Below, piece after piece: positions 50,552 through 60,936 of a stretch of 64,000 bases of DNA. Below the pieces are notes generated by a model, which had not been told where the DNA came from, did not search any database, and saw only the letters and a list, made by a program, of their open reading frames with translations. Each line of letters opens with the position of its first letter. Positions within the stretch are counted from its first letter, which is position 1. The stretch lies in assembly GCA_965237525.1 (NCBI GenBank), contig CBDEFO010000008.1, forward strand, positions 992,001 through 1,056,000, given 5' to 3'. The position numbers were made by a program, and so were the translations under genes. Origin of the DNA: Candidatus Latescibacterota bacterium. GTDB lineage: Bacteria > Latescibacterota > CBDEFO01.

Positions 50552-51652
50552 TCAAATGTCGGGTAAGGGCACATGGTATCCACCCTTGATAAAGATAGAG
50601 AGAAGAGAGTCAAGGATCAAGACTGGGAAGTTAAAAAGTTGAGGGTCGAGGTTTTCTGTGGGTGTATGTTCGGTTGCTATGTGCAGAGGGGTTTTGGATT
50701 CTTTGTAGCTATTATGTCTTTGGGTATTGAACAACCATTGATAGGTTTGGAGTTTCCGGCAGAGGTTGGCACGGTTGGTAGTCTTGATGGTGTCGTAGAA
50801 TTCATATTCGATTAGGCCGTGGGCGCGTTCTACATCGGATTGGTATGTAGTAGCCCCTGGTGGGATGCGTTTATGTTTTACGCCTCTTTGTTGGATGAGG
50901 TCGGTAAAGAGGGTCTTTTTGAGGGCATCCTTTGTATTGACGAATTGGCTGCCGTTGTCGGTTTGGATCTTTCGTGGATAGACCTTGTGGTCTTCCAGGT
51001 GTTGGAGTAATGCTTCGGCCAAGATGCAGGAGTTGATCAGGCTCTGTTCGTCTGCCAGGCTTACAAAAAGACCGCCTGTCTTGATATCTCTGGCAGTATA
51101 CTCAAACATAGGGAGTTGGGCACCTGTCTTGTAGTGTTGTTTCAGGTAGTTGGGGATATCGCACAGGTGTTTGACATCGATCTGGATATGTTCAAAGGGG
51201 CGTAGTTTCTTTTTCCACTGGCAGACAAGTTTCATTCTCTTCCATTTTCGCCTGCGTTTCTTTATGAGATTGTGTTTTTTCCAGATAGCATAGGCAGTCT
51301 GTTTGGAAGGAATTTGATCAGTTGGAACATTTTGTTTTTGGAGAAAACCCAATAGATACGGATATCCCAAAGAAGGATGGGTCTGTCGGAACTTTACAAT
51401 CAGCTTTCTGATCTCCTCCGGTAACAAACAGTGAGGGTTTATGGGTGCTTTCGTATGATTTTCTAGACTCTTTATGGATCGGTCTTCAAGATAACGTTTC
51501 AGCCATTTTCTTATGCTCTTGCGTGTTGTATTAAAAGCCCTTGCAGCATACGAGACACCGTATAGCTGAGCAGTCTGAACCATCTTGATATGAAGATCAA
51601 CAGGATTAGGATTAAGAACAAGAACATCACTGTAACTGATAGCATTCTCCAT
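50552..51652 (-). CDS. IS481-family DDE transposase
   Basis: HTH (SIRKWLKRY), QIDVK, QTDNGSQF, VERAH; AGGAGG RBS before ATG 51652. Confidence 0.88.
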   Translation of the reverse strand: MENAISYSDVLVLNPNPVDLHIKMVQTAQLYGVSYAARAFNTTRKSIRKWLKRYLEDRSIKSLENHTKAPINPHCLLPEEIRKLIVKFRQTHPSLGYPYLLGFLQKQNVPTDQIPSKQTAYAIWKKHNLIKKRRRKWKRMKLVCQWKKKLRPFEHIQIDVKHLCDIPNYLKQHYKTGAQLPMFEYTARDIKTGGLFVSLADEQSLINSCILAEALLQHLEDHKVYPRKIQTDNGSQFVNTKDALKKTLFTDLIQQRGVKHKRIPPGATTYQSDVERAHGLIEYEFYDTIKTTNRANLCRKLQTYQWLFNTQRHNSYKESKTPLHIATEHTPTENLDPQLFNFPVLILDSLLSIFIKGGYHVPLPDI

Positions 51653-51738
51653 GGTATCTACCCTCCTTTTTTCAGTCCTCACCTAAATATAGGCAAAATT
51701 ATCCCGTGAGAGTGGATACCATGTGTCTTTACTCTTCT
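50557..51738 (-). mobile_element. IS481-family insertion sequence
   Basis: TGTCGGGTAAGGGCACATGGTATCCAC at 50557 and inverted GTGGATACCATGTGTCTTTAC at 51712 (outer bases degenerate). Confidence 0.78.
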
Positions 51739-51878
51739 CTCCAGTTTATTTTGCTGTTGACAACCAGCACAGGATCAATTATATTCCAACAGCTACGATA
51801 ATGAGATTTGAACGCGAGGTTTCCCATCCATCTATTTTAAGGCAGGTTGCATCCAGAAAATAGAGAGGAGATTCTATT

Positions 51879-52301
51879 ATGGGTTGCTACAACTCTGCCG
51901 TCGTCAATGCGCCTGTAGAAAAGGTATGGGCAGCACTTCGAGATTTCCACAATATGTCAGTTTTTCCCAATGTTGTAGAGAAGCTTGACATCGTGGGCGA
52001 TGCGCCTGGCACGCAGATAGGCGCGAAAAGAGTCTTGAACGGTGTTATTCATGAGACCTTGCTTGCCCTTGAGGAACAGGCTCGAGTAGTACGATATAGC
52101 ATTGATGATGGGCCAGAGGCCGTGTCCAAAGACAATGTAGTTGGCTATATCGGAGAAATCAGAGTATTTCCCGTGACGGACGAAGAGGCCACCTTTGTCC
52201 TTTGGACATCGAGTTGGGAAAGTAGTGGCGGCGGTGTTGCGGAATTTTGTAATCCTATATATAAGGCCCTGTTGTCTGATCTGAAGTCCGCTTTTTCCTG
52301 A
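51879..52301 (+). CDS. SRPBCC (polyketide cyclase-like) family protein
   Basis: VNAPVEKVWAALRDF, GAKRVL, ETLLAL. Confidence 0.85.
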   Translation: MGCYNSAVVNAPVEKVWAALRDFHNMSVFPNVVEKLDIVGDAPGTQIGAKRVLNGVIHETLLALEEQARVVRYSIDDGPEAVSKDNVVGYIGEIRVFPVTDEEATFVLWTSSWESSGGGVAEFCNPIYKALLSDLKSAFS

Positions 52302-52534
52302 ATCAAGATCATATTCCTTTTCATCCGGGGCGAGCACCCGTCGTGCCTTACTGAATCGACAAGAAACCGGCGGAAATCTGAACAGCATACGACAAGTCTT
52401 CTCCTGTTGGTCACTTGGCAGAGCGGGTGGCCGTTAACCCACGGTGCCGCTATCGCTTCGGACTACGCTCATTACTAGGTGCCAAGCCTCGATGCAAGCT
52501 CATCGACAACATTGAGATTGCTTCGCCTACTACC

Positions 52535-52630
52535 TCGTGGCTTGTTGCCTCCCCAGCAAAGCGACAGTGTCTCTCGTTTCGTGGCTTGTTGCCTCCCCCA
52601 GCAAAGCGATAGTGTCTCTCGTTTCGTGGT
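52535..52630. repeat. Tandem 44-45-bp repeat (about 2.2 units), same family as the in-frame TSHE inserts
   Basis: TCGTGGCTTGTTGCCTCCCCAGCAAAGCGAYAGTGTCTCTCGTT at 52535 and 52579, partial third at 52624. Confidence 0.85.
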
Positions 52631-52748
52631 TCGTTGGCACTTCGCGCTCACTGAAAAAGGGGTGGCAGCAGCACACGCACTCTCCACGCCGCGCCGAAAC
52701 GACCTTGTTTCCCGCTCATTTGTCAGACATCAAACGGAGACACTTAGG

Positions 52749-53636
52749 ATGGAAGACGACAAAATAAGACAGATAGAAGCGAGGATAGAGAAAATCACTG
52801 ATCTTCCGACCCTTCCTGTTGTCGCTATGAAGATCATGGAGCTGTCATCTGATGCCGATTCATCTATAGTCGACATAAGTGAGGTGATATTGGAGGATCC
52901 TTCTATAGCGACGAAGACGCTCAGCATAGTTAACTCCGCTTTTTATTCTATTCAAAGAGAGATAACCTCTCTGACTGACGCCATAGTCATACTCGGTCTT
53001 GGAAGAGTCCGCGAAGTCGTCACAACCGTCTCAGTCTTCAGCGCCTTCCCGGAGGTACCCGGGAAGGATGAATTTGACAGATCCAGGTTCTGGGAACATT
53101 CAATCGGATGTGGTATGGTGGCCAGGATGATAGCCGACCGCCTGGGATATAAGATGGAAGGGCAGGAATACGTTGCAGGACTCTTGCACGATATGGGGAA
53201 GATATTTATGGATCAATACTTTCACGAGGAATTTATAGAAGCGTTCGACAAATCGCTCAAAGATGAAATCCCGATGATCGACGCTGAGGACTCCGTATTC
53301 GGCGTAAACCATACATACATAGGGAGCTGGCTTGGAAGAAAATGGAACCTCCCAAGTCCAATGATAGACGTCATAACCTGCCACCACCATCCTCTTGAAT
53401 CGACGGTAGATCCCATACTCACGTCCATCGTCTATCTTTCAAACATACTGTGCAACTACAAAGGGATAGGCAAACAGACTAATGCCCCCTTGCCTTCACT
53501 TACCGATAGCGGCGGATGGAGGATACTCCAAAGTCAAAATCCGAGACTGGAAAAGATGGACATGGAAAGGTTCTTCGAAGATATCGATGAGGAGATCCCT
53601 AAGATAAGAGAGCTTATAAGGATCTCCGGGGTATGA
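52749..53636 (+). CDS. HDOD domain protein
   Basis: LPTLP, DP...L..VNSAFY, FWEHS, GLLHDMGK, WNLP; true start likely MEDDK. Confidence 0.9.
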   Translation: MEDDKIRQIEARIEKITDLPTLPVVAMKIMELSSDADSSIVDISEVILEDPSIATKTLSIVNSAFYSIQREITSLTDAIVILGLGRVREVVTTVSVFSAFPEVPGKDEFDRSRFWEHSIGCGMVARMIADRLGYKMEGQEYVAGLLHDMGKIFMDQYFHEEFIEAFDKSLKDEIPMIDAEDSVFGVNHTYIGSWLGRKWNLPSPMIDVITCHHHPLESTVDPILTSIVYLSNILCNYKGIGKQTNAPLPSLTDSGGWRILQSQNPRLEKMDMERFFEDIDEEIPKIRELIRISGV

Positions 53637-53780
53637 ACTTTGGATACATACCACCTTTTCCACCAAAGATCTCTAACCGGAACAACTTCACTCCTCTCAT
53701 CTTCATCACATATGACACTTTTGTAGAATAGTTGATAAATACTAAATAGTTGTAAAGTATATATATATGATCAAAAAAGG

Positions 53781-53809
53781 TTGGCAAAGAGTTAGAATTG
53801 TCGTATATT
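53781..53809 (+). promoter_or_regulatory. sigma70-type promoter homologous to that at 1452-1480
   Basis: TTGGCA-17 nt-TATATT within ~100 bp similar to 1393-1492. Confidence 0.55.
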
Positions 53810-53904
53810 GGTGGTCAGTAGCTGTTTGAGGTGTTTCCTGATCCGAGTAAAGAGCCTGTTGGTGGTATGGCAACAGGATGAGCCTTCAATAAGGGGGTTG
53901 CTGT

Positions 53905-55251
53905 TTGACCGTATCAAAGAAACAGTTAAAAGCTGATAGGAGGTTGGTCGAGAAGCTATCGCCTGCAGGAGAAGGTAGGATCAACCACCGGAAGGCTATG
54001 CTGGTGGAGGTGGCCCAGCTGATCACCTCCTCACTCGCTTTAGAGGAAGTTCTTCGGCTGACCATAGAGTGGGCAACTCGGGTGATGGACGCGGAGGCTG
54101 GGTCGGTCATCCTTCTGGATAAGATATCTGACGAGTTGGTCATCAAGGTAGCAACAGGGCCGAAGGGGCAAGAGGCACAGGATAAGCGGTTCCGAAAGGG
54201 TGAGGGAATCGCAGGATTGGTTGCCGAGATAGGGGAGCCGAGGATCGTCTCTGACGTCCGGCGGGACAAGCACTTCTTCGACGGGATTGATCAGGTGACG
54301 GGGTTCAAGACCCAGTCGATCCTGGCTGTGCCGCTGCAGGTCAAGGGGAAGATCATCGGCGTCCTGGAGGTACTCAACAAGCGGGGTGGACAGTTCTTCG
54401 ACGATGAGGATTTGAAGGTATTCACAATCTTTGCAGACCTGGCCGCCATCGGTATCGATAACGCCGGACTCTACGAGGAGATTGTAGCGGAAAATCGACG
54501 GCTCCAGATGCGATTACAGTTACAGCATACAATCGGGCAAACCCTTGCAATGCAGGGGGTTGCCCTGCAGATGGAACGCGCTGTCCTGCGAAAAGTAACG
54601 GTTCTGCTGATCGGGGAGACCGGGACAGGGAAGGGGCTGGTCGCCCGGGTGATCCATGATCGGAGCCCCCGGCGGGATAAGCCCTTTTTGACTGCGGATT
54701 GTAGGGCGATGCCGAAGGGGCTCTGGGAGATTGAACTCTTCGGCTACAAGAAGGGTCTCTTTGAAGTGGCGGATGGTGGGACGATATTCTTAGACGAGAT
54801 CGGAAATGCACCGCTGGAACTTCAGACCCGGCTGCTGCATGTGTTGCAGAAGGGGCAGATCCGTCGAGTCGGGGAGACTCAGGTTCGCCGGGTTGACGTG
54901 CGCCTGATCGCTGCAACAACCCGGGATCTCAAACTGGCTGTGAAAGAAGGGACGTTCAGAGAGGATCTCTTCTTATGCCTTAACGTCGTTCCTATCGTTC
55001 TGCCGCCGATACGCGAGCATATTGAGGACCTTCCCTTTTTCCTTGTCGATTACTTTATTGAGAAATACAATCAGGAGTTAGGTGGAAGGGTTAAGGGGGT
55101 ATCTTCAGAGGTGATGCAGGCATTTTTGTCCTACTCCTGGCCGGGGAACATCCGGGAGTTGGAGAACGTAATCAAGCAGGGCATTGTGATGGGTAAGGAG
55201 GGAAGTATTCGCCTGGAGGATCTTCCACCTGAGATAACGTGTGTAAAATAA
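53905..55251 (+). CDS. GAF + sigma54-activator AAA+ domain, lacking GAFTGA loop and HTH
   Basis: GAF (GEGIAG, SILAVPL, VLNK); [33 protein letters not shown]; ends PPEITCVK. Confidence 0.85.
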   Translation: MTVSKKQLKADRRLVEKLSPAGEGRINHRKAMLVEVAQLITSSLALEEVLRLTIEWATRVMDAEAGSVILLDKISDELVIKVATGPKGQEAQDKRFRKGEGIAGLVAEIGEPRIVSDVRRDKHFFDGIDQVTGFKTQSILAVPLQVKGKIIGVLEVLNKRGGQFFDDEDLKVFTIFADLAAIGIDNAGLYEEIVAENRRLQMRLQLQHTIGQTLAMQGVALQMERAVLRKVTVLLIGETGTGKGLVARVIHDRSPRRDKPFLTADCRAMPKGLWEIELFGYKKGLFEVADGGTIFLDEIGNAPLELQTRLLHVLQKGQIRRVGETQVRRVDVRLIAATTRDLKLAVKEGTFREDLFLCLNVVPIVLPPIREHIEDLPFFLVDYFIEKYNQELGGRVKGVSSEVMQAFLSYSWPGNIRELENVIKQGIVMGKEGSIRLEDLPPEITCVK

Positions 55252-55483
55252 ACTAAGTAGCTTGACAAAACTTGCCGGAAATATTAAGTCAGTACAGGTG
55301 AGATTGCTTCGCTATCCCCGGTAGATTCAATCGGGGATAGCAATGATGGTCGTAAGGACCCGCAATGATATTACTTGGCTTTTGCCTATTGTCATCGCGA
55401 GGGGCACTCGCCCCGATCCCATCAGGAGATGCGAGAAGCGGAACCAATCTCAAGGTAAGGGAGGCAGTACCCTGTCTACTTGT

Positions 55484-57883
55484 TTACTCTACCTCTTTTT
55501 CGAATATCTGGATCTTGAATGCGGCCTTAAGGACATCATCTATATTTTCGGCAAGTATGAACGTCATCTTGCCTTTGATATTCTGGGGGACATCCTCCAG
55601 GTCTTTTTCGTTCTTCTTGGGGAGTACGACGGTCGTTATGCCCGCCCTTTGAGCCGCAAGCACCTTCTCCTTGACTCCCCCTATCGGTAGGACCTTTCCC
55701 CTCAGGGTGATCTCTCCGGTCATGGCCACGTTCCATCTTACAGGTTGACCCCTCATAAGGGAAACTAAAGCCGTCACTATGGTAACTCCCGCAGAGGGTC
55801 CATCTTTGGGGATAGCTCCTGCTGGCACGTGGATGTGAATATCGTTCTTTTCGAAGAAATCCTCGTTTATGCCCAGACCCACCGCTTTCGATCTGACGTA
55901 GCTTAAAGCCGCCTCGGCCGATTCCTTCATTACGTCTCCGAGTTGGCCTGTGAGGGTCAAGACCTTGTTCCCCTTCATCTTCGTAGCCTCAACAAACAGA
56001 ATATCCCCTCCTGACTCAGTCCATGCCAATCCGGTGGCGACTCCAGGGTCACTGACCCTTTCGGCTACATCCGAAAAGAATCTGACAGGACCCAGGTATT
56101 TGTGGAGGTCGTTCTTTCCCACCTTAAATGGGCCCTTTTCTCCCTCGGCTTTCCTTTTTGCAATTTTTCTGTATATAGCCCCGATCTCCCTTTCGATGTT
56201 CCTCAATCCAGCCTCGCGCGTGTAGTTCCCTATCATCGTTAAGATAGCCTGCTTGCTCAGCTTGAGATCCTCCTCGTTAATGCCGTGTTCGTTCAATTGC
56301 CGCGGTATCAGGTGATGCAGCGTTATACGGACCTTTTCCTGTGCTGTATATCCGTGCAGCTCTATAACTTCCATTCTGTCTTTCAATGCCGGAGGAATCG
56401 GCGCAAGGAGGTTGGCAGTGGTTATGAACATAACCTTGGAAAGGTCGAAGGGAACGTCCAGGTAGTGGTCGGAGAACGAAAAGTTCTGCTCAGGGTCCAA
56501 AACCTCTAAGAGCGCCGCCGAGGGGTCACCTCTGAAATCTGCACCCATTTTGTCTATTTCGTCTAACATGAAGATCGGATTATTGGATTCGGCCTTCCTT
56601 ATGCTCTGTATGATCCTTCCGGGCAGGGACCCTATATAGGTTCTCCTGTGACCTCTGATCTCCGCCTCGTCCCTTACGCCCCCCAACGAGATCCTGATGA
56701 ACTTTCTCCCTAACGCTCTGGCTATGGACCTTCCCAAGGAAGTTTTGCCTACGCCCGGAGGTCCGACAAAGCAGAGGATGGGACCCTTGGTATCTGGCTT
56801 GAGCTTTCGAACGGACAGATATTCTAATATCCGCTCCTTTACCTTCTCAAGGCCGTAGTGATCCTCATCCAGCACGCGCTTGACACCCTTAATGTCCAGA
56901 TTATCCTCTGTAGAAACTGACCAGGGCAGGGAGATCAGCCAGTCCAGATACGTCCTTGCCACAGTGTACTCCGCAGCAGCGGGAGCCATCTTTGTTAGTC
57001 TGTTCAGCTCCCTGTCGGCTTCCTTCTTGGCCTCCTCAGACATCCCCGCGGCCTCTATCTTCTGCCTCAACTCCTCTATCTCCATCTCCTGCTCGTTCCC
57101 CTGGCCCAATTCCTTTTGTATAGCCTTGAGCTGCTCCCTTAGATAGTGCTCCCTTTGTAGCTTGCCCATCTCAGCCTGCACATGACTTTGGATCTCAGAT
57201 GCGGCTTCCAGTGTCTCCAGCTGCCTGCTTACCAGGATCGTGAGCTTGGAGAGACGTTCCTTAACGTTCAACGTCCCTAAAATCTCCTGCTTTTCATTAA
57301 CGTCCATGTTAACCATCCAGAACGCCACAAAGTCGGCCATCTTTGAAGGCTCGTCCTCAAGATTGATCACCGATATTTGGAGTTCGTCCTGAAGGTGCGG
57401 GACGATGGAGACTATCCTTTGGAACTGCAAAGATATATTACGAGCTAATGCTTTAGCTTCTGGAGAATCGTCCGGTATATCGTAGAGTTTCTCTACGGAG
57501 GCTTTCAGATAGGGATCGGTCTGCGTAAACTCCTTAAGTCTTACTTTCCCCTTGCTATTTACAAGGATATGGATGTTATTGTCCGGCATCCTCAGCATCC
57601 GCACGATCTCAGCTATCACACCCACATCGTATAGATCATCGGGCGCGGGCTCCGCTACATCCTGATCCTTCTGTGTTACTATTACAATAGTCCTGTCGTT
57701 GGCTATGACTTCGTTGACCAGTCTAACCGAGCGTTCGCGACCTACTGTAAGAGTTGACATTATTGAGGGATATAGAACCATTCCTCGTACCGGTAGGACG
57801 CCGAACTCCTTCACCGGACCAGAGAGGGGTTCTTTTACGGCTATCCCTGAATCTTGATCTTTTGTTTTGGAGTCATCTATCAT
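55484..57883 (-). CDS. lon: ATP-dependent Lon protease
   Basis: GPPGVGKTS, DEAEIRGHRRTY, PKDGPSAG, IGGVKEK. Confidence 0.97.
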   Translation of the reverse strand: MIDDSKTKDQDSGIAVKEPLSGPVKEFGVLPVRGMVLYPSIMSTLTVGRERSVRLVNEVIANDRTIVIVTQKDQDVAEPAPDDLYDVGVIAEIVRMLRMPDNNIHILVNSKGKVRLKEFTQTDPYLKASVEKLYDIPDDSPEAKALARNISLQFQRIVSIVPHLQDELQISVINLEDEPSKMADFVAFWMVNMDVNEKQEILGTLNVKERLSKLTILVSRQLETLEAASEIQSHVQAEMGKLQREHYLREQLKAIQKELGQGNEQEMEIEELRQKIEAAGMSEEAKKEADRELNRLTKMAPAAAEYTVARTYLDWLISLPWSVSTEDNLDIKGVKRVLDEDHYGLEKVKERILEYLSVRKLKPDTKGPILCFVGPPGVGKTSLGRSIARALGRKFIRISLGGVRDEAEIRGHRRTYIGSLPGRIIQSIRKAESNNPIFMLDEIDKMGADFRGDPSAALLEVLDPEQNFSFSDHYLDVPFDLSKVMFITTANLLAPIPPALKDRMEVIELHGYTAQEKVRITLHHLIPRQLNEHGINEEDLKLSKQAILTMIGNYTREAGLRNIEREIGAIYRKIAKRKAEGEKGPFKVGKNDLHKYLGPVRFFSDVAERVSDPGVATGLAWTESGGDILFVEATKMKGNKVLTLTGQLGDVMKESAEAALSYVRSKAVGLGINEDFFEKNDIHIHVPAGAIPKDGPSAGVTIVTALVSLMRGQPVRWNVAMTGEITLRGKVLPIGGVKEKVLAAQRAGITTVVLPKKNEKDLEDVPQNIKGKMTFILAENIDDVLKAAFKIQIFEKEVE

Positions 57884-57982
57884 CGCAATTTCCCCTTTTG
57901 AAGCATAGATTATGCAGACCCTAACGTCTGCTATATACTCCTTCACAGACTACACTGATATATCTCCACAAGCTTATTAATA

Positions 57983-57998
57983 AGCAAATTCCGTTCCA
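57983..57998 (-). promoter_or_regulatory. sigma54 -24/-12 promoter upstream of lon
   Basis: Minus strand TGGAACGGAATTTGCT. Confidence 0.65.
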
Positions 57999-58190
57999 AA
58001 GGAACTGGAAATGTTATCGCTTGTTCGATAACTTATGTATATCCTAATGTATTACCCAAAAGTAATATAAGGGAAAAAGAGATCACAGAGACCTCGATAC
58101 TACTGCCATTATTACATATTTGATGTTGCAATGACAGTTATGTCTGCCAAAACAGCATAGATGGTTAACAGGCCTGTTAACCGTTCACTA

Positions 58191-58250
58191 CCTGTTAAAT
58201 CCTCCAAAGCCAGCGTTCATCCTGTTAAATCCTCCAAAGCCAGCGTTCAT
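58191..58250. repeat. Perfect 30-bp tandem duplication
   Basis: CCTGTTAAATCCTCCAAAGCCAGCGTTCAT x2. Confidence 0.95.
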
Positions 58251-58298
58251 AAATGGGGAGATTATGCTTGACTTTAAAGCTGTGGATCGGTAAGTTAT

Positions 58299-59630
58299 GT
58301 GCGAGGATTTGCTATGGTGTCTTATGATTGTATAGATATTCGATCCCTTACCATCCCCCGGATCAAGGCAATACTTTCAGAATGGAATGAGATAAAACCT
58401 CAAGTTATGAAAGACTTAGAGAGGGATCCAAGGGCGGGGGTGCGAAGACTTGGTCTATCCTTTCGGAAAAGGATAGAGCGTCAGACGGCAGAGAGGGAGC
58501 GGCTGAAGAATATGCGGCGTCTGGAGCAAAGGCTCTGGGACAGGGGAGTGGAATTGATAGCGGGAGTGGATGAAGCGGGAAGGGGACCCCTTGCCGGACC
58601 AGTAGTAGCGGCGGCCGTGATCCTTCCCGAGGACACGATCATCGCAGAATTGGACGACTCCAAGAAGCTTACGCCCCCGAAAAGAGATGAGCTATTTGAT
58701 ACTATCAAAGAAGTTGCGCTCTATACAGGCGTGGGCTCGGTAGATAACGAGGAGATAGATAGCACTTCGATACTGCAGGCGGCTTTAAAGGCCATGAGAA
58801 TCGCTGTAATGAATCTGGGAGTCAAACCAGATCATATCCTTGTAGATGGGAATATACATCCAAAGACGGGATTTCCCGAAACGCCCGTCGTAGAAGGCGA
58901 CGCCCTGTCGATGTCCATAGCGGCCGCCTCCGTTATAGCCAAGGTGACGAGGGATCGAGCGATGCTCGAATACGAGGGGAAATTCCCCGAATACGGATTT
59001 GCCCAACACAAGGGCTACGGGACAGCAAGGCACATAGATGCACTCAGGCAATACGGATCCTGCAAGATCCACAGGCGTTCTTTTCAAGTAGTAAGGGATT
59101 TGGAAAATCCCGAATGCAGGGACTTTGTGATTTTCAAAGAGAAGATTAAGAGGGCAAGGAGCGTTTCGGAGCTTGAAGACATAGGAACGTCTATAGGGAA
59201 GGTAAAGAGGAAGCTTACAAAAGATCAGTTATCCGAGTTGAGAGGCGTGTATAGAAAATATCAGGACTTTTTCAAGAAGACAGGAACCCAAGGGGAAATG
59301 ATAGCCGCAGAGTTTCTGGAAAAGGAGGGGTACAGCATAGCCCAAAGGAACTATAGATCCGCCGAAGGAGAAATAGATATAATAGCCAAAAAGGGAGATA
59401 TTCTCGCATTTGTGGAGGTGAAAGCCGATAAGACAGGCGCATTCGGTGCTCCGGAGCTGCGCGTTGATAACAGAAAGCAGAGAAGGATAGCCAAGACGGC
59501 AGCGATCTATCTGCAGAACAATAACGTTCCAGATGCGGACTTCAGGTTCGATGTGATAGCTGTAGATCTGAAGGGTAGAAAAGAGAGGATAGAGCACATT
59601 GAAAACGCGTTCTGGGTCGAAGAGGATTGA
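58299..59630 (+). CDS. rnhB: Ribonuclease HII fused to a YraN (UPF0102) PD-(D/E)xK domain
   Basis: AGVDEAGRGPLAGPV, DSKKL, SIAAAS.IAKVTRD, HKGYGT, HRRSF; then GE..AA.FL, RNYR...GEIDII, FVEVK, RFDVIA. Confidence 0.92.
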   Translation: MRGFAMVSYDCIDIRSLTIPRIKAILSEWNEIKPQVMKDLERDPRAGVRRLGLSFRKRIERQTAERERLKNMRRLEQRLWDRGVELIAGVDEAGRGPLAGPVVAAAVILPEDTIIAELDDSKKLTPPKRDELFDTIKEVALYTGVGSVDNEEIDSTSILQAALKAMRIAVMNLGVKPDHILVDGNIHPKTGFPETPVVEGDALSMSIAAASVIAKVTRDRAMLEYEGKFPEYGFAQHKGYGTARHIDALRQYGSCKIHRRSFQVVRDLENPECRDFVIFKEKIKRARSVSELEDIGTSIGKVKRKLTKDQLSELRGVYRKYQDFFKKTGTQGEMIAAEFLEKEGYSIAQRNYRSAEGEIDIIAKKGDILAFVEVKADKTGAFGAPELRVDNRKQRRIAKTAAIYLQNNNVPDADFRFDVIAVDLKGRKERIEHIENAFWVEED

Positions 59631-59633
59631 GGG

Positions 59634-60932
59634 ATGCAAAAAGGGACAAATAGGCTAAGCATCTTTGCGTGGTGCATGTACGATTTTGCAAATTCCTCGT
59701 TCACGACGGTAGTGGTGACCTTTATCTATTCCGTCTATTTCGTCAAGCAAATTGTAGGCAATGAGATCGAGGGGATGGCTTTATGGTCCTGGGGCGTTGC
59801 CATTACAGGAATAACAGTAGCGCTACTTTCTCCCTTTATGGGCGCGTTAGCAGACCGCGGCGGCTATCGCAAACTGTTCCTTTTGGTCACAACTGCCGTT
59901 GCGATAACAGGTTCGGTTATTCTCTACACCGCCCTGCCTGGGCAGATTTCAAAAGCGCTCTTTTGGTTTGTTGTGGCGAATATCGCGTTCGAAATGGGAT
60001 CGGTCTTTTATAATGCTTTTCTGCCTGACATCGCACCGCCGGAGGTGATAGGACGCATCTCAGGCTACGGTCTGTCGTTGGGCTATGCAGGTGGTCTGCT
60101 GGCAATGTTCATGGCCCTGGTTGGATTTGTGAAGATAGATGTACCGTGGTTCGGTTTCTCCACGGAAGCCGGCCAGAACATAAGGGCGGCCAATCTTCTC
60201 GTGGCGGCCTGGTTTGGGGTCTTCAGCCTTCCGATTTTCCTGTGGGTCAAAGAGGATAAATCCCGGATCGTCAAAAAAGTGGTGCGACCACTGCGAGGGG
60301 AAAAGATTTTCTCCTCCAGCATAAAACAATTAGTGGATACTTTTCATGAAATTAAACGGTATCGGCAGATTGTCAAATTTCTTGCCGCCCGCCTGATGTA
60401 CAACGACGGGTTGATCACGATTTTCGTCTTTGGCAGTATCTATGCGTCAGGGACTTTCAATTTCACTGTTGAAGAGGTCCTGGTCTTCGGTATCGTTTTG
60501 AATATCGCTGCCGGAATCGGCACTTTGGCAATGGGATTTCTGGATGATATTCTCGGAGGGAAGAGGACCGTTCAGATCAGTCTTTTTTTTCTCATTTTAT
60601 CTTCCGCTATGGCGGTATTGGCCCCTAACAAAATTGTATTCTGGACGGCTGGGATAATCGTGGCCATCTTCGTAGGTCCCAACCAGGCGGCCAGCCGTTC
60701 CCTTATGGTACGCTTTGTCCCGCTCGATAAGGAGACTGAGTTTTTCGGTTTCTTCTCCTTTTCGGGAAAGGCCACGGCGTTTTTGGGACCGTTTCTTTTG
60801 GGCCTCCTCCTGGAAATATTCGGTTCCCAGAGGGCAGGTATGTCTGTCGTTGTCCTCTTTTTTATAGCGGGGAGTCTGATATTAGCGTCTGTCGACGAAG
60901 AAGAGGGCATACGAGTTTCCGGGCGCACATAA
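59634..60932 (+). CDS. MFS transporter (UMF1/Atg22-like)
   Basis: WCMYDFANS, FYNAFLPDI, YNDG, QAASRS, EFFGF. Confidence 0.9.
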   Translation: MQKGTNRLSIFAWCMYDFANSSFTTVVVTFIYSVYFVKQIVGNEIEGMALWSWGVAITGITVALLSPFMGALADRGGYRKLFLLVTTAVAITGSVILYTALPGQISKALFWFVVANIAFEMGSVFYNAFLPDIAPPEVIGRISGYGLSLGYAGGLLAMFMALVGFVKIDVPWFGFSTEAGQNIRAANLLVAAWFGVFSLPIFLWVKEDKSRIVKKVVRPLRGEKIFSSSIKQLVDTFHEIKRYRQIVKFLAARLMYNDGLITIFVFGSIYASGTFNFTVEEVLVFGIVLNIAAGIGTLAMGFLDDILGGKRTVQISLFFLILSSAMAVLAPNKIVFWTAGIIVAIFVGPNQAASRSLMVRFVPLDKETEFFGFFSFSGKATAFLGPFLLGLLLEIFGSQRAGMSVVVLFFIAGSLILASVDEEEGIRVSGRT

Positions 60933-60936
60933 AAAA

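Noticed and set aside
52535..52630. CRISPR-like array
   Set aside because: Units are contiguous near-identical tandem repeats without unique spacers; no cas genes in the window
52479..52748. N-terminal extension of the HDOD protein
   Set aside because: It is translated repeat DNA; the domain starts at ATG 52749
60278..60293. Small hairpin AGTGGTGCGACCACT in the MFS central loop as another coding insert
   Set aside because: Single copy in a naturally variable loop; insufficient evidence
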